DNA of 64,000 nt from Rhodothermales bacterium (GTDB lineage: Bacteria; Bacteroidota; Rhodothermia; Rhodothermales; VXPQ01), in assembly GCA_040904565.1 (NCBI GenBank), contig JBBDTI010000013.1, positions 1-64,000 of the forward strand, read 5' to 3'. Of the stretch, positions 1 to 15,740 are shown piece by piece; the stretch's first letter is position 1; each line of letters starts with the position of its first letter. Position numbers and translations under genes: made by a program. Below the pieces are notes generated by a model. It saw only the letters and a program-made list of their open reading frames with translations, was not told the origin of the DNA and did no database searches.

Positions 1-2
1 CG

Positions 3-2414
3 TTCTTCGGAACGAACCAGCTCAGCCAGTTCATGGATCAGACGAATCCGCTGGCGGAGCTCACGCACAAACGCCGCCTTTCGGCGCTCGGGCCGGGTGG
101 ACTCACCCGCGAACGAGCGGGGTTTGAGGTGCGTGACGTGCATTACACACATTACGGCCGGCTCTGCCCGATTGAGACGCCGGAAGGACCGAATATCGGA
201 CTGATCTCTTCCCTCTGCGTGCATGCCACGATCAACGATTTCGGCTTTATTGAGACGCCGTATCGCGTGGTGAAAGACGGCGTCGTGTCGGAGGAGATTC
301 AGTTCCTGTCCGCGGAAGAGGAAGATGACGCGATCATCGCGCAGGCCAATGCGCCGATGGACAAAGACGGCAATTTTGAAAATGATTTTGTGAAGTGCCG
401 GCACCGCGGTGATTTTCCGATCGTTCCGCCGAAGGACGTGGAATATATGGACGTGGCGCCGAACCAGATCGTCTCACCGGCCGCCAGTCTGATTCCTTTT
501 CTGGAGCACGACGATGCCAACCGCGCTCTCATGGGATCGAACATGCAGCGTCAGGCCGTCCCGCTCCTTCGTTCCGAGGCTCCGCTCGTGGGGACCGGAC
601 TCGAAGCACGCGTGGCGAAAGATTCGCGCGCTGTTCTCGTCGCGGAAGCGGACGGCGTCGTGGAGTACGTCGATGCCAAGCGTATCGTGCTCCGCTACGA
701 TCAGGATAAGGCGGACGAGCACCTGGACTTTGAGGAGGCCGTACGCGAGTACAAGCTCGTCAAATTCCGCCGCACGAATCAGGATACCTGCGTCAATCAG
801 AAGCCCATCGTAGAGGAAGGGCAGCGCGTGGAGAAGGGTACGGTGCTGACGGACGGCTTCTGTACGGACAACGGCGATCTCGCCCTCGGAAAGAACGTCC
901 TCGTGGCGTTTATGCCCTGGCGTGGATACAACTTCGAGGATGCTATCGTGCTTTCCGAGCGTCTCGTCCGTGACGACGTCTACACGTCCGTTCACATCGA
1001 GGAATTCGAGCTTCAGGTCCGCGACACGAAGCGCGGTGAGGAGGAACTCACGCGAGAGATCCCGAACGTGTCCGAGGAGGCTACGAAGGACCTCGACGAA
1101 CGCGGAATCATCCGCGTCGGCGCGGAAGTCAATGCGGGCGACATCATCGTCGGTAAGATTACGCCGAAAGGCGAGACGGATCCGACCCCGGAGGAGAAAT
1201 TGCTCCGAGCCATCTTCGGCGACAAGGCCGGCGACGTGAAGGATGCTTCTCTGAAGGCCCCTCCGGGAATGAAGGGCGTCGTCATTGATACGAAGCTATT
1301 CAGCCGACGGAAGCTCGATCCGGCTTCGAAGAAGATCGAACAGCAGCGACTGGCTGAGATCGAGGATCGATTCCAGCGTGAGAAGGATGATCTCACGCAG
1401 CGGTTCTGGGACAAATTCTTCGAGCTCGTCGGCGATAAGACGTCGGCAGGCGTCGAGAACAGGGAAGGCCGCGTCATTCTGTCCGAAGGCGCGAAGTTTT
1501 CGAAGGATGCGTTCGAGGATGTCGATCCCATCGACCTGAGCATCCGTCAGGAAATGACGGACGACAAGAAGGTTGACGAGCGGATCAGAAAGCTCCTCCG
1601 CAATTACCAGCGCGTGTTCAATCGCGTCGATGGCGAGATGAAGCGCGCGAAGCACCAGGTGCAGATGGGCGACGAATTGCCGCCGGGCATCGTCCAGCTT
1701 GCCAAGGTGTATGTAGCACGTAAGCGGAAGATTCAGGTAGGTGACAAGATGGCCGGCCGCCACGGCAACAAGGGTGTCGTGGCCAAGATCGTTCCGGTAG
1801 AGGACATGCCGTTTCTCGACGACGGCACGCCGGTAGACATCGTCTTGAACCCGCTGGGCGTTCCGTCGCGCATGAACCTGGGTCAGATATTCGAGACCCT
1901 CCTCGGATGGGCCGGGAAGAAGCTGGGCACCAACTTCGCCACGCCGATTTTTGACGGCGCGAAGATGGACGACATTCGGGCCAAGCTCGAAGAAGTCGGT
2001 CTTCCAGCCGACGGTCGTGCTCAGCTTTACGACGGGCGTACGGGTCAGCCGTTTGATGAGAAGACGACGGTCGGCTATATCTACATGCTCAAGTTGAGCC
2101 ATCTCATCGAAGATAAAATTCACGCGCGGAGCATCGGTCCGTACAGTCTCATCACGCAGCAGCCGCTCGGTGGTAAGGCGCAATTCGGCGGACAGCGGCT
2201 GGGCGAGATGGAGGTGTGGGCCCTGTACGCATATGGTGCGGCACACACGCTTCAGGAGATGCTGACGTACAAGTCGGATGACGTTCAAGGGCGTTCGAAG
2301 GCGTATGAGTCGATCGTTAAGGGTGAGAATATGCCCGATCCCGGCGTACCGGAAAGCTTTCAGGTCCTCGTGCGCGAGCTGCAGGGCCTCGGCCTAGAGG
2401 TCAGGCTGGATTAG
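3..2414 (+). CDS. rpoB: DNA-directed RNA polymerase subunit beta (5'-truncated by window edge)
   Basis: Frame open from position 3 ([17 protein letters not shown]). Motifs [49 protein letters not shown]. Directly upstream of rpoC. Confidence 0.99.
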   Translation, partial: FFGTNQLSQFMDQTNPLAELTHKRRLSALGPGGLTRERAGFEVRDVHYTHYGRLCPIETPEGPNIGLISSLCVHATINDFGFIETPYRVVKDGVVSEEIQFLSAEEEDDAIIAQANAPMDKDGNFENDFVKCRHRGDFPIVPPKDVEYMDVAPNQIVSPAASLIPFLEHDDANRALMGSNMQRQAVPLLRSEAPLVGTGLEARVAKDSRAVLVAEADGVVEYVDAKRIVLRYDQDKADEHLDFEEAVREYKLVKFRRTNQDTCVNQKPIVEEGQRVEKGTVLTDGFCTDNGDLALGKNVLVAFMPWRGYNFEDAIVLSERLVRDDVYTSVHIEEFELQVRDTKRGEEELTREIPNVSEEATKDLDERGIIRVGAEVNAGDIIVGKITPKGETDPTPEEKLLRAIFGDKAGDVKDASLKAPPGMKGVVIDTKLFSRRKLDPASKKIEQQRLAEIEDRFQREKDDLTQRFWDKFFELVGDKTSAGVENREGRVILSEGAKFSKDAFEDVDPIDLSIRQEMTDDKKVDERIRKLLRNYQRVFNRVDGEMKRAKHQVQMGDELPPGIVQLAKVYVARKRKIQVGDKMAGRHGNKGVVAKIVPVEDMPFLDDGTPVDIVLNPLGVPSRMNLGQIFETLLGWAGKKLGTNFATPIFDGAKMDDIRAKLEEVGLPADGRAQLYDGRTGQPFDEKTTVGYIYMLKLSHLIEDKIHARSIGPYSLITQQPLGGKAQFGGQRLGEMEVWALYAYGAAHTLQEMLTYKSDDVQGRSKAYESIVKGENMPDPGVPESFQVLVRELQGLGLEVRLD

Positions 2415-2488
2415 CCGGTGCCGGCGTTCCACGATCCCAAGCCACGACACGTGCGCGTTCCAAGATTTAACATCGTACAAGAGTAAAT

Positions 2489-6799
<4,311 letters not shown>

Positions 6800-6840
6800 C
6801 GAAGGCGATGAGCCGATCCGGTTCATTTCGCCACTGGAAA

Positions 6841-6890
6841 AAATAGAGATAGGCCCCGGTCACCGTGTTGTGATCGGGGCCTATCTATTT
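6841..6890. terminator. Probable bidirectional intrinsic terminator between rpoC and the convergent DinB-like gene
   Basis: Long inverted repeat AAATAGAGATAGGCCCCGGTCAC-CGTGTT-GTGATCGGGGCCTATCTATTT with an A-run on the left and TTT on the right, between convergent stop codons. Confidence 0.85.
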
Positions 6891-6896
6891 GGTGTC

Positions 6897-7487
6897 TCAT
6901 TCATGGAGGTGCTCGAGATGGTGGTCTCCGTGCTCCGCAAGCATCAAGAAGACATCACCCGCATTGAGCCGCAGCAGCGGCGTCGCCGGCGAGGAGAAGA
7001 GGATGCCGGTCCACCGGCGGTTTTTCAGGCGTTCCATGAGATCGAGCAGGTCGCGATGACTCGACTGGAAGGCGTGGAGTACGTCGCCCGTCGTCTCAAG
7101 ACGTTCCGGCAGGAACGTAGCCGGTGTCTTGATAGGCAATGACCCCGTTATACCCCAGCGCAAGACCCTGCCGGCGATTGTCGGCTTCCAGGCGAAGCTT
7201 GGCGCGTCGCGGCCCTCATCGCTGCTGCCGCTCGAGTCGCCCCGATCCGCTATGCCGCCTGTAGATCCCCATCCGTCTTTGCACGCTCGCCGAATCGTCC
7301 CCATATAAGCTTCGTCCATCCGGGCCAGGTGGGCGAGCGTCTGATCGATACTCCAGCCGCCATCCGCACGCGGCTGACGCCGCCGGACGGGATCGATGGC
7401 TGCGATCGGCGTTTCGGCACACTGGATGTGCCGCGTTAACGATCCCCGGACGTAGCGCGCGAGATCGTCCTGGCGATCGAAGGTCAT
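6897..7487 (-). CDS. DinB-like (DinB_2/DUF664-type) four-helix protein
   Basis: WSIDQTLAHL near the N-terminus and HGDHHLEHL at the C-terminus give the DinB His triad pattern. GGAGGAG RBS precedes the ATG at 7487. Confidence 0.75.
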   Translation of the reverse strand: MTFDRQDDLARYVRGSLTRHIQCAETPIAAIDPVRRRQPRADGGWSIDQTLAHLARMDEAYMGTIRRACKDGWGSTGGIADRGDSSGSSDEGRDAPSFAWKPTIAGRVLRWGITGSLPIKTPATFLPERLETTGDVLHAFQSSHRDLLDLMERLKNRRWTGILFSSPATPLLRLNAGDVFLMLAEHGDHHLEHLHE

Positions 7488-7536
7488 GATGGGCTCCTCC
7501 CTCGTGGTACGAGACGCGGCGTGCGATATGGCCAGT

Positions 7537-8832
7537 TCATGCGGGCTCTCCGCCATGTTCTGCGCCGTGTTCGCCCCAGTATTTGACGAGTGTCTTTACG
7601 TACTCAAGTGCATGTTCGATGCCCTGCACCGAATTCCATTCAAATCGGCTGTGGAAATCGTGTCCACCATTGAACAGGTTGGGCGTCGGGACCCCGATTT
7701 CGGAGAGGCGGGCACCGTCGGTGCCGCCCCGAATGAGACGTTCTTCGAGGTCCAGGTCCAGGACGTCCGCCGCACGATGCGCGAAGCGTATGACCCTCGG
7801 GTCGTTCCCCTCAATATAGGATCGCATGTTGCGGTATTGATCCTGTATATCGAGTGAGAAGGAGGCATTTGGATGTGCGTTTCGGGTCGACTCGACGACG
7901 GCCTCGAGAAACTCTTTCTTTCGCAAGAGTCCCTCCCTGGTGAAGTCCCGCAAAATCATTCGCGCTCGGGCGTGGGCGGCATCGGATGCGTCGATGCGGT
8001 GTAGGTGGATGTAGCCCTGGCGGCCCGATGTCGCTTCCGGCGCTTCGTCATCCGGGAGCTGCGCGAGGACATGCGCGAGGATGCGCGCGGCGTTGACCAT
8101 GATGCCTTTTGCATATCCCGGATGGACGGTGATGCCGTGGACCGACAGGACGGCCTCGGCCGCGTTGAAGGTCTCAACGTAGATCGCATCGGTGCCTCCG
8201 CCGTCGATCGTATAGGCAATGTCGGCCCCGAAGCGCTCGAGGTCGAGATGATCGACGCCCCGTCCGGTTTCCTCGTCCACCGTAAAGCAAAATCGCAGCT
8301 CCGGACGTGCAGAAGAGGGATCGGATGCGAGGTCCTCGGCGAGCTGCATCAGAACGGCCACGCCCGCTTTGTCGTCACTGCCGAGGAGAGACGTACCGTC
8401 GCTCGTGATCAGATCGTCGCCGACGTGGTCGCGGAGCGCGGGGTTTCTGTCGGGATCCACGCGCACCTCTGCGTCACCCGGAAGGGAAAACGCTCGACCG
8501 TCATACGAAAAGTGCACGTACGGGGTGACGTCGCCCGGGGCATCCGCCGACGTGTCGACGTGTGCCAGAAGCCCGAGGCGCGTGGCTGCGGCCGGTCCGC
8601 GCCCGGGCAGCGTCGCGTAGACGTAACCGTTGCGATCCATCGCTACGTTCGTAAGCCCTGTATCGGAGAGCTCACGCTCGAGCATTCGGCCCAGGTCTTT
8701 CTGGCGTTCGGTTGACGGTACGGCATCGGAATCCGGGTCCGACTGCGTGTTGACGCATACGTACCGCAGAAACCGCCTCACGACGGGGCTTAGCGCGTCA
8801 ATTCGATCGTCTGTAAGTGGAACCGTCTTCAT
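7537..8832 (-). CDS. pepT: Peptidase T (M20B tripeptide aminopeptidase)
   Basis: AHVDTS, LGSDDKAG, DEETGRG, HPGYAKGIMVNA, IRGGTDGARLS, HDFHSRFEW. Confidence 0.93.
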   Translation of the reverse strand: MKTVPLTDDRIDALSPVVRRFLRYVCVNTQSDPDSDAVPSTERQKDLGRMLERELSDTGLTNVAMDRNGYVYATLPGRGPAAATRLGLLAHVDTSADAPGDVTPYVHFSYDGRAFSLPGDAEVRVDPDRNPALRDHVGDDLITSDGTSLLGSDDKAGVAVLMQLAEDLASDPSSARPELRFCFTVDEETGRGVDHLDLERFGADIAYTIDGGGTDAIYVETFNAAEAVLSVHGITVHPGYAKGIMVNAARILAHVLAQLPDDEAPEATSGRQGYIHLHRIDASDAAHARARMILRDFTREGLLRKKEFLEAVVESTRNAHPNASFSLDIQDQYRNMRSYIEGNDPRVIRFAHRAADVLDLDLEERLIRGGTDGARLSEIGVPTPNLFNGGHDFHSRFEWNSVQGIEHALEYVKTLVKYWGEHGAEHGGEPA

Positions 8833-8948
8833 AGGCTGTGGCGGATGCTAGGACGTAGATGTGGGAGGACATGTCGCCGGCGTGGTGCAACTCTGTAAGG
8901 CAGGTTACGTATCGGAAAAATATGTGCCCACAATACAACGTTTCCACC

Positions 8949-9905
8949 ATGATCATACGATGCAAAGCGAACCGATTTCTGGTCCTCGCGGCCGCCTTCC
9001 TTCTGCTGACGGCAGGCGCGCGCGCCGCCAATCTCGATGGGGCCTGCGCTGGTGACGGTGTGACGACGGACCTGGTCGACATTACGGATACGGTCAAGGA
9101 ATCGTTTAAGGTACAGTCCGGCGGAACGCTTTTCCTGGACGTCGATCACGGAAACGTCTACGTCACGTCCGGCACGGATAACGAGGTCCGCGTCGAGGTG
9201 GAGCGTATTGCTACGACGGACGACCGATCGACGGCTCAGCGCATCTTCGAGCGGCACGGCCTCTCGATAACGGAGCGCGGCAGCAACGTATACGTCGAAT
9301 CGCGCTATGATAAGGACGACAGCTTCTGGGCCCGGATGCAGCTCTCTCGATCGGGATCGCAGCTGCGCGTCCGTGTCCGCGTAGAGATTCCCGACACCTA
9401 CAACGTCGAGTTTTCGACGGGCGCCGGCAACGTAGAGATCGGAAGTCTGGCCGGTCGAGTGCATGGTCGAACCGGTGCGGGCAACATCGAGATCGGAGCG
9501 GTGAACGGTCCCATCGACGTGGCTTCAGGATCGGGGAATATTTCGATTCAGGGTGCCAGGGGCCTGGTCGAAGCAAATACCGGTGCGGGCAATGTAGACA
9601 TCAGCTCCGTTCAGGGAGAGGTCGACGTCAATACGGGAGCCGGAAACATACAGGTCTCGATTACCGAACAGCCTCGGACGGGATCTCGGCTGAATACGGG
9701 CGCGGGCAACGTCACCGTCTACCTCGCCAGAGGCGTGGGTGTGGACGTAAATGCCGAAGCCTCCATGGGAACCGCACGAACGGACTATCCGCTGTCGGTC
9801 GAAGGGAAGTGGATGAAGAAGTCGTTTGCCGGCAGCGTCAACGGTGGCGGTCCGAGCCTTCGCATGCGCGCCGGCGTGGGGAATGTCGAGCTGAGAGAGA
9901 GGTAG
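8949..9905 (+). CDS. Secreted DUF4097-type beta-strand repeat (putative adhesin) protein
   Basis: Signal peptide (RFLVLAAAFLLLTAGARA) followed by repeated TGAGN(V/I)x(I/V) units. Start moved to the ATG at 8949. Confidence 0.8.
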   Translation: MIIRCKANRFLVLAAAFLLLTAGARAANLDGACAGDGVTTDLVDITDTVKESFKVQSGGTLFLDVDHGNVYVTSGTDNEVRVEVERIATTDDRSTAQRIFERHGLSITERGSNVYVESRYDKDDSFWARMQLSRSGSQLRVRVRVEIPDTYNVEFSTGAGNVEIGSLAGRVHGRTGAGNIEIGAVNGPIDVASGSGNISIQGARGLVEANTGAGNVDISSVQGEVDVNTGAGNIQVSITEQPRTGSRLNTGAGNVTVYLARGVGVDVNAEASMGTARTDYPLSVEGKWMKKSFAGSVNGGGPSLRMRAGVGNVELRER

Positions 9906-9954
9906 GTCAGAATGAAAATGGTCTGCCTGCACGCAGGTATAGAGCATGCACGAG

Positions 9955-9984
9955 AGCCCGTCCGCGTCAGCGGCGGGCTTTTTT
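9955..9984 (+). terminator. Intrinsic terminator after the DUF4097 gene
   Basis: AGCCCG-T-CCGC-GTCA-GCGG-CGGGCT hairpin followed by a T-run. Confidence 0.8.
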
Positions 9985-10146
9985 GTTGGTGCGGGACGTA
10001 ACGCGGATGGCCGATATCGTATCGAATGTATCACGTCCGGCATTACAATTGCAGGATCACTCACCGACCACAGCTGGTTTCAGTGTGGAAGCGCTTTCGC
10101 CCCCGCTAAACGACGGGATGACGTGCTCAGAAGCAACGCAACGTCC

Positions 10147-12060
10147 ATGAAAGAGATTGTCTACACGGCGCCAGATGGAACCGGCAAGCCCGTTCTGGGG
10201 AAAACGTTGCCGCAGCTCATGTATGAGGCCGCGGAGCGATACGAGAATCTGAGAGCACTCAATCAGCCTCAGGGAGATGGGTGGAAGCCGTTCTCGCTGG
10301 AAGACTTTCGCCGCCACTCAGAAGAACTTGCCGTGGGGCTGACCCGGCTGGGCCTGGAACGCGGTGATCGTGTCGCGCTCTACATGGAGAGTGACGTGTA
10401 TTACTGCATCGTCGACATGGGATGCTTGATCGCCGGGCTGGTGGACGTGCCCATCTACCTCACGCACGAGCCCGAGCAGATCCAATACGTCATCGACCAC
10501 TCGGGGGCTGCTGCAATAGCCATATCCGATCTCGAACAACTCGCTGCGGTACGGGAGATGCTGGTAGACTCGTCCACCGTCAGGTGGGTGATCGTTGCGG
10601 AAGGCGTCGAGCACGAAGACGTGCCCGCGTTACCTGACGGTATTGAGATGCATACGATCGGATCGATCAGAGATCTGGGCCGCCGTTACCTGCACGACGA
10701 CCCCGAGGCTGTCGCTGCGCTGACCGAACGCGTAGATCCCCACGACCTGGCGACGTTAATCTATACGAGCGGCACGACGGGCCGCCCGAAGGGGGTCATG
10801 CTATCGCACGAGAACATCACGTACGACGCGTTGACGTCGTTCTCGGGGATACCGGATTATCGTCCGGGAGCGGACGGTGAGACCGCGATCTCATTTCTGC
10901 CCCTGACGCACATCTTTGCTCGTGCACTCCATTACGGCTTCCTCTACAACGGAACGTCCGTTTACTTTACGACGCCCGACGATTTGACGACGGTGTTGAA
11001 GCAGGTGCGTCCGACCGTGTTTCTCACCGTCCCGCGTGTATTGGAAAAGGTCTATGGGAACGTGTTGGAGCGGATAACGGAAATGTCGGGTCCCAAGAAA
11101 GCGCTCGTGAACTGGGCTCTTTCGGTGGGCGAACGATATACGCTTTCCGAGGAACCGTCCGGTCTATTCCGGCTGCAGCTTGCCGTCGCCGACCGGATAC
11201 TTTTTCGAAAATGGCGAGATGCCCTGGGCGGCCGCGTGCGTTACATCATTTCGGGCGGTGCGGCCTTGAGCGGGAAATTGGCGAATCTCTTTGGAGCGGC
11301 GGGGCTATCCGTTCTTCAGGGCTACGGCCTTACGGAGACGAGCCCGGTTATTACATTCAACCGCCCCGGCCGCAACCGCGCCGGTACGGTGGGTGAACCT
11401 ATACCGGGTCTCGAAGTGAAGATTGCAGAGGATGGTGAGATTCTTACGCGCGGTCCGCATGTTATGTTGGGCTACTATCGGGACGAGGGGCGTACCCGCG
11501 AAGCCCTCGATGAGGATGGATGGTTTCATACGGGTGACATTGGTGAATTTACCGACGACGGATTTCTGCGTATCACCGATCGTAAGAAGGACCTGTTCAA
11601 GCTGTCGACGGGCAAGTACGTTATTCCGCAGCCTCTCGAGAATCGACTGACAACCCACCCACTGATCGAGCAGGCGGTAGTGGTCGGGAGCGATTACAAG
11701 TACTGTACGGCACTGGTATTTCCGGACGAGCAGAAGGTACGTGTTCTTGCCGGCTCGCAGGGAACGAATCGTGAGCGGCCGATCGAGGAGCTCGTGTCGA
11801 CGCCGGCCGTGAAAGCGCGCTTTCGACAACTCGTAGAAGAGGCCAACGAAGGGATGGATCACTGGTCGCGCATCAAGCGATTTCGCATTATTCCCGCCCA
11901 CCTGACGACAGCGAACGGCCTGCTCACGCCGACTATGAAAGTTCGTCGTCGGCGTGTGCATGAGGCGTTCAAAGAGCAGATTGAAGAAATGTACGCGACC
12001 GAAGAGCCCGAAGGATCGGTGATCGTCGTTGAACGGGTGGACCACAGGGAGGCGGCCTGA
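10147..12060 (+). CDS. fadD: Long-chain fatty acid--CoA ligase (AMP-dependent synthetase)
   Basis: IYTSGTTGRPKG AMP-binding motif, GYGLTETSP, WFHTGDIG, ITDRKKDLFKLSTGKY. First gene of the beta-oxidation cluster. Start placed downstream of the terminator. Confidence 0.9.
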   Translation: MKEIVYTAPDGTGKPVLGKTLPQLMYEAAERYENLRALNQPQGDGWKPFSLEDFRRHSEELAVGLTRLGLERGDRVALYMESDVYYCIVDMGCLIAGLVDVPIYLTHEPEQIQYVIDHSGAAAIAISDLEQLAAVREMLVDSSTVRWVIVAEGVEHEDVPALPDGIEMHTIGSIRDLGRRYLHDDPEAVAALTERVDPHDLATLIYTSGTTGRPKGVMLSHENITYDALTSFSGIPDYRPGADGETAISFLPLTHIFARALHYGFLYNGTSVYFTTPDDLTTVLKQVRPTVFLTVPRVLEKVYGNVLERITEMSGPKKALVNWALSVGERYTLSEEPSGLFRLQLAVADRILFRKWRDALGGRVRYIISGGAALSGKLANLFGAAGLSVLQGYGLTETSPVITFNRPGRNRAGTVGEPIPGLEVKIAEDGEILTRGPHVMLGYYRDEGRTREALDEDGWFHTGDIGEFTDDGFLRITDRKKDLFKLSTGKYVIPQPLENRLTTHPLIEQAVVVGSDYKYCTALVFPDEQKVRVLAGSQGTNRERPIEELVSTPAVKARFRQLVEEANEGMDHWSRIKRFRIIPAHLTTANGLLTPTMKVRRRRVHEAFKEQIEEMYATEEPEGSVIVVERVDHREAA

Positions 12061-12154
12061 TGCGCGCCGCACCGGAACCAGCACGCGCGGAATTATAACT
12101 TGCGACCACAGTCACGATATGCATCAAGGCGAAAACGCGTACAACCCTGGAATA

Positions 12155-14533
12155 ATGGCCCCTCCACACGCCTCGACGGCGTTCAGGAAGGCGGCCGTGC
12201 TGGGTGCAGGTACGATGGGCGCGCAGATTGCCGCCCATCTGGCGAATGCGGGAGTCGATGTGCTTCTCTACGACGTTGCCGGCGACGACCCGGACGACGG
12301 AAATGCAGTCGTTGATAGGGGTCTTGCGCGGGCGAAGCAGATGAAGCCTGCTCCGTTTTTCTGCGATGAGGCGGTGTCACGCATTACGACCTGCAATTTC
12401 GACGAGCATCTCGATCGTCTGACGGATGTGGAGTGGGTGATCGAGGCTGTCGTCGAGCGGCTCGACGTGAAGCGGAGCCTCCAGGCGCGCGTGGAATCCG
12501 TCGTCGGCCCGGAAACGATCGTCTCGACCAATACGAGCGGCATCCCCATCGCCGATATCGTCGAGGGGATGTCGGACGGTTTCAAGCGCCGCTTTCTAGG
12601 CACCCACTTTTTCAATCCGCCACGCTATTTAAAGCTGCTTGAACTCGTTCCTTCGACGTGGACGGAGCCCGATGTCGTGGCCCGAATCGCGCAGTTCGGC
12701 CGCATCCATCTCGGCAAGGGGATCGTCGTCGCCAACGACACACCCTACTTCATCGGGAACCGCATCGGCGTCTACGCCATGCTCCAGGCTATTCGGGCCT
12801 TCACGGACGGAACGTATTCGATCGAAGAGGTCGATGCCCTGACCGGTCCCGTGGCCGGTCGCCCCAAGTCGGCGACGTTTCGCACGGCCGACGTCGTGGG
12901 TCTGGATGTCTTGCTGCACGTCGCCGAGAATCTCTACGAGGCCGCCGAAGGCGACGAGAGCGGGGCGGCGTTTGAACCTCCGGAGCTCCTCCGCCGACTC
13001 GTCGGCGCCGAGCGCTACGGTCAAAAATCGGGTGAAGGGTTCTACAAGAAGGTAGATGGTGAAATCCGGTCGGTCGACCCGGAGACGCTGGATTACCGTC
13101 CCGCTCAGTCCGTCGAGCTCCCCCATCTGGAGAGCATCCGGGGAGTCGGCCGTCTCGAGGAGCGGCTGGAGGCGCTGTACGGGGCCGGAGGCCGGACGGG
13201 GGACTTCATTCGAGCGTCGACACTCGACGTACTGGGGTATAGTGCACGAAGGATTCCTCAGATAACGGATCGTCCGGCCGACGTTGATCGGGCTATTCGA
13301 TGGGGGTTCGGTTGGGAGATGGGTCCCTTTCAGACGTGGGACGTCCTGGGTTTCGATCGCGTTCTCGACGATATGTCGGCGGAGGACGTGGCCGTCCCGG
13401 AGTGGATAGAGACGATGCAGGAGGCGGGGCACGCGAAGTTCTACCTTCGCACGAACGGTGATCGTCAGGTGTACGTCCCGCCGCAAGAGGGCTATCGCTC
13501 CGATCCGATACCCGTCGATCAGCTTTCGCTCGACGTGCTCAAAGCGGATCCCGGCCGTGAGATCTGGGCGTCCGACGACGCGGCGCTGCTCGACCTGGGG
13601 GAGGGCGTCGCCCTGTACGAGTTCAGGTCCAAGGCAAACACGCTCGGTAGGGCCGTGATGGAAGGACTCCGCTCGGCCATCGACAGGGTCGAGTCTGACC
13701 CTACTCTGAAGGGCCTTGTCGTAGGAAATGAGGGAGCCAATTTTTCCGTAGGCGCCAACCTGATGGAGCTGGCCGGTGCACTCCGAGAGGATCACTTCGA
13801 CGAGATCGACGGATATCTGAGCGAGTTTCAGGATACCATTCAGCAGGTGCACTATGCCCTGAAGCCCGTCGTCGTCGCCGGCCATCAGCGCGTGCTTGGC
13901 GGCGGTTGTGAGATGTTGATGGCGTCTCCGCATCCCGTCGTCGACGCGGAAGCCTACGTCGGGCTCGTCGAGCTGGGCGTCGGTCTGATTCCGGCCGGTA
14001 CGGGTACCATGCGCCTGGCCGCCCAAGCGGCGGCCCGTGCTCCCAACGGACATCCGAGCGAAATTCAGCCGTGGCTTCAAAAATATTTTGAAACGGTCGC
14101 GATGTCGACCGTATCCTCCAGTGCCCTGGAGGCACAACGGCTCGGATTCGTGGCGCCGCATGCCCGCATCGTGATGAACGAGGACAGGCGGCTCTACGTG
14201 GCCAAGGAGGAGGTCCAGCGGCTCGCATCGGAAGGATATCGACCTCCGACTCGTCCGGCAGGCATCCGTGTACTCGGCCGCCCGGCAGCGGCGGCTCTGG
14301 ACGTGCTCGTACAGCAGTACGTCGAGGGCGGTTACATCTCCGACTATGACGCTTTTCTTGCACGAAAGCTTGCGTACGTCCTTACGGGCGGGGATTTCAC
14401 GGGACCGCAGGACGTCGATGAGGCCTACCTCATCGATCTCGAACGGACGGTCTTTCTCGAACTGGTCCGGCAGAAAAAGTCGCAGGATCGTATCGAGCAC
14501 ATGCTCAAGACGAAGAAGCCGCTCAGAAATTAG
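12155..14533 (+). CDS. 3-hydroxyacyl-CoA dehydrogenase / enoyl-CoA hydratase fusion (FadN/YusL-type order)
   Basis: GAGTMGAQIA Rossmann motif, STNTSGIPI, HFFNPPRY; C-terminal crotonase (NFSVGANL, LGGGCE, GLVELGVGLIP). Start could be 12119. Confidence 0.92.
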   Translation: MAPPHASTAFRKAAVLGAGTMGAQIAAHLANAGVDVLLYDVAGDDPDDGNAVVDRGLARAKQMKPAPFFCDEAVSRITTCNFDEHLDRLTDVEWVIEAVVERLDVKRSLQARVESVVGPETIVSTNTSGIPIADIVEGMSDGFKRRFLGTHFFNPPRYLKLLELVPSTWTEPDVVARIAQFGRIHLGKGIVVANDTPYFIGNRIGVYAMLQAIRAFTDGTYSIEEVDALTGPVAGRPKSATFRTADVVGLDVLLHVAENLYEAAEGDESGAAFEPPELLRRLVGAERYGQKSGEGFYKKVDGEIRSVDPETLDYRPAQSVELPHLESIRGVGRLEERLEALYGAGGRTGDFIRASTLDVLGYSARRIPQITDRPADVDRAIRWGFGWEMGPFQTWDVLGFDRVLDDMSAEDVAVPEWIETMQEAGHAKFYLRTNGDRQVYVPPQEGYRSDPIPVDQLSLDVLKADPGREIWASDDAALLDLGEGVALYEFRSKANTLGRAVMEGLRSAIDRVESDPTLKGLVVGNEGANFSVGANLMELAGALREDHFDEIDGYLSEFQDTIQQVHYALKPVVVAGHQRVLGGGCEMLMASPHPVVDAEAYVGLVELGVGLIPAGTGTMRLAAQAAARAPNGHPSEIQPWLQKYFETVAMSTVSSSALEAQRLGFVAPHARIVMNEDRRLYVAKEEVQRLASEGYRPPTRPAGIRVLGRPAAAALDVLVQQYVEGGYISDYDAFLARKLAYVLTGGDFTGPQDVDEAYLIDLERTVFLELVRQKKSQDRIEHMLKTKKPLRN

Positions 14534-14544
14534 GCGCAGCAGAC

Positions 14545-15729
14545 ATGATGGAAGATGCCTACATAGTGAGTTGTGTCCGTACGGCCGTGGGGAAGGCGGA
14601 CCGGGGAAGGCTTCGGCATGTTCGTCCGGAGCACATGGGTGCGACGGTCGTCCGGAGCGCGCTCCAACGCGTCGAAGGCCTCGCCGACGAGGCGGTCGAC
14701 GACGTGCTTATGGGTTGCGCTTTCCCGGAAGGGGCGCAGGGGCAGAACGTGGGGCGCCTTATCGCTCAGAAAGCGGGATTACCGGACGCCGTTCCGGGCG
14801 CCACCGTGAACCGGTTCTGTTCGTCCGGTCTCCAGACGATCGCCATGGCGAGCCAGGCCATCCACGCCGGCATGGCGGAGGTCGTCGTGGCCGGTGGGAC
14901 GGAGTCGATGAGTATGGTACCTATGACGGGCTTCCACTTTCAGCCCGATCCGGAGATGGTGTCGAAAGACGTCGACGTGTACGTCTCGATGGGGATCACG
15001 GCCGAAAACGTTGCGGAGAAGTATCACATCTCGAGAGAGGATCAGGACCGCTTCGCCCTGCAGTCGCACGAGAGGGCGCTGGCGGCCATCGAATCCGGAC
15101 GTTTCAGCAGCGAGATCGTACCCCTGGAGATCGAAGAGCTGATCTACCGGGACGGGCAGCCGCATTCCCGCCGCTCGACGTTCGAGACGGATGAGGGGCC
15201 CCGGGCTGATACGAGCCTCAAGGCACTGGCTCGGCTTCGTCCGGCCTTCCGCCGGAACGGTACGGTAACGGCCGGCAATGCCTCTCAGCGTTCCGATGGA
15301 GCCGCGGCGGCCGTGGTAATGAGCGAGAAGCGGATGAACGCCCTGGGCGCTGAGCCCATGGCGCGGCTCGTCGGCTTTGCCGTCGCCGGGGTCGCTCCGG
15401 AATTGATGGGAATCGGACCCGTTCCGGCGATTCGGAAGGTCCTCGAGCAGACCGGACTGACGATCGACGACATCGGTCTCATAGAATTGAACGAGGCGTT
15501 CGCGGCGCAGGCACTCGCCGTCATCCGCGAAACGGAGCTCAACCCGGAGATCGTCAACGTAAACGGCGGGGCGATTGCGCTCGGCCACCCGCTGGGATGT
15601 ACGGGGGCCAAGTTGACGGCTACCCTGATCCACGAGATGGATCGGCGCGGCGTGCGTTACGGGTTGTGTACGATGTGTGTCGGGGGCGGCATGGGCGCGG
15701 CGGGCGTGATCGAGAATCTCAGAAGCTAA
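14545..15729 (+). CDS. fadA: Acetyl-CoA C-acyltransferase (3-ketoacyl-CoA thiolase)
   Basis: VNRFCSSG, NEAFA, GHPLGCTG and CVGGGMG thiolase motifs. Confidence 0.95.
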   Translation: MMEDAYIVSCVRTAVGKADRGRLRHVRPEHMGATVVRSALQRVEGLADEAVDDVLMGCAFPEGAQGQNVGRLIAQKAGLPDAVPGATVNRFCSSGLQTIAMASQAIHAGMAEVVVAGGTESMSMVPMTGFHFQPDPEMVSKDVDVYVSMGITAENVAEKYHISREDQDRFALQSHERALAAIESGRFSSEIVPLEIEELIYRDGQPHSRRSTFETDEGPRADTSLKALARLRPAFRRNGTVTAGNASQRSDGAAAAVVMSEKRMNALGAEPMARLVGFAVAGVAPELMGIGPVPAIRKVLEQTGLTIDDIGLIELNEAFAAQALAVIRETELNPEIVNVNGGAIALGHPLGCTGAKLTATLIHEMDRRGVRYGLCTMCVGGGMGAAGVIENLRS

Positions 15730-15740
15730 AGGTGGATCGA

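Noticed and set aside
1310-1670. Long insertion in RpoB, plus the expanded trigger-loop region of RpoC
   Set aside because: Lineage-specific insertions at these positions are established features of bacterial RNA polymerases. No intein motifs were seen.
12629-14500. 623-aa antisense ORF, and similar ones at 3443-4807, 5501-6826, 29616-30800 and 46245-47399
   Set aside because: They lie wholly opposite well-supported genes and have no motifs. Such shadow ORFs are expected in GC-rich coding DNA.
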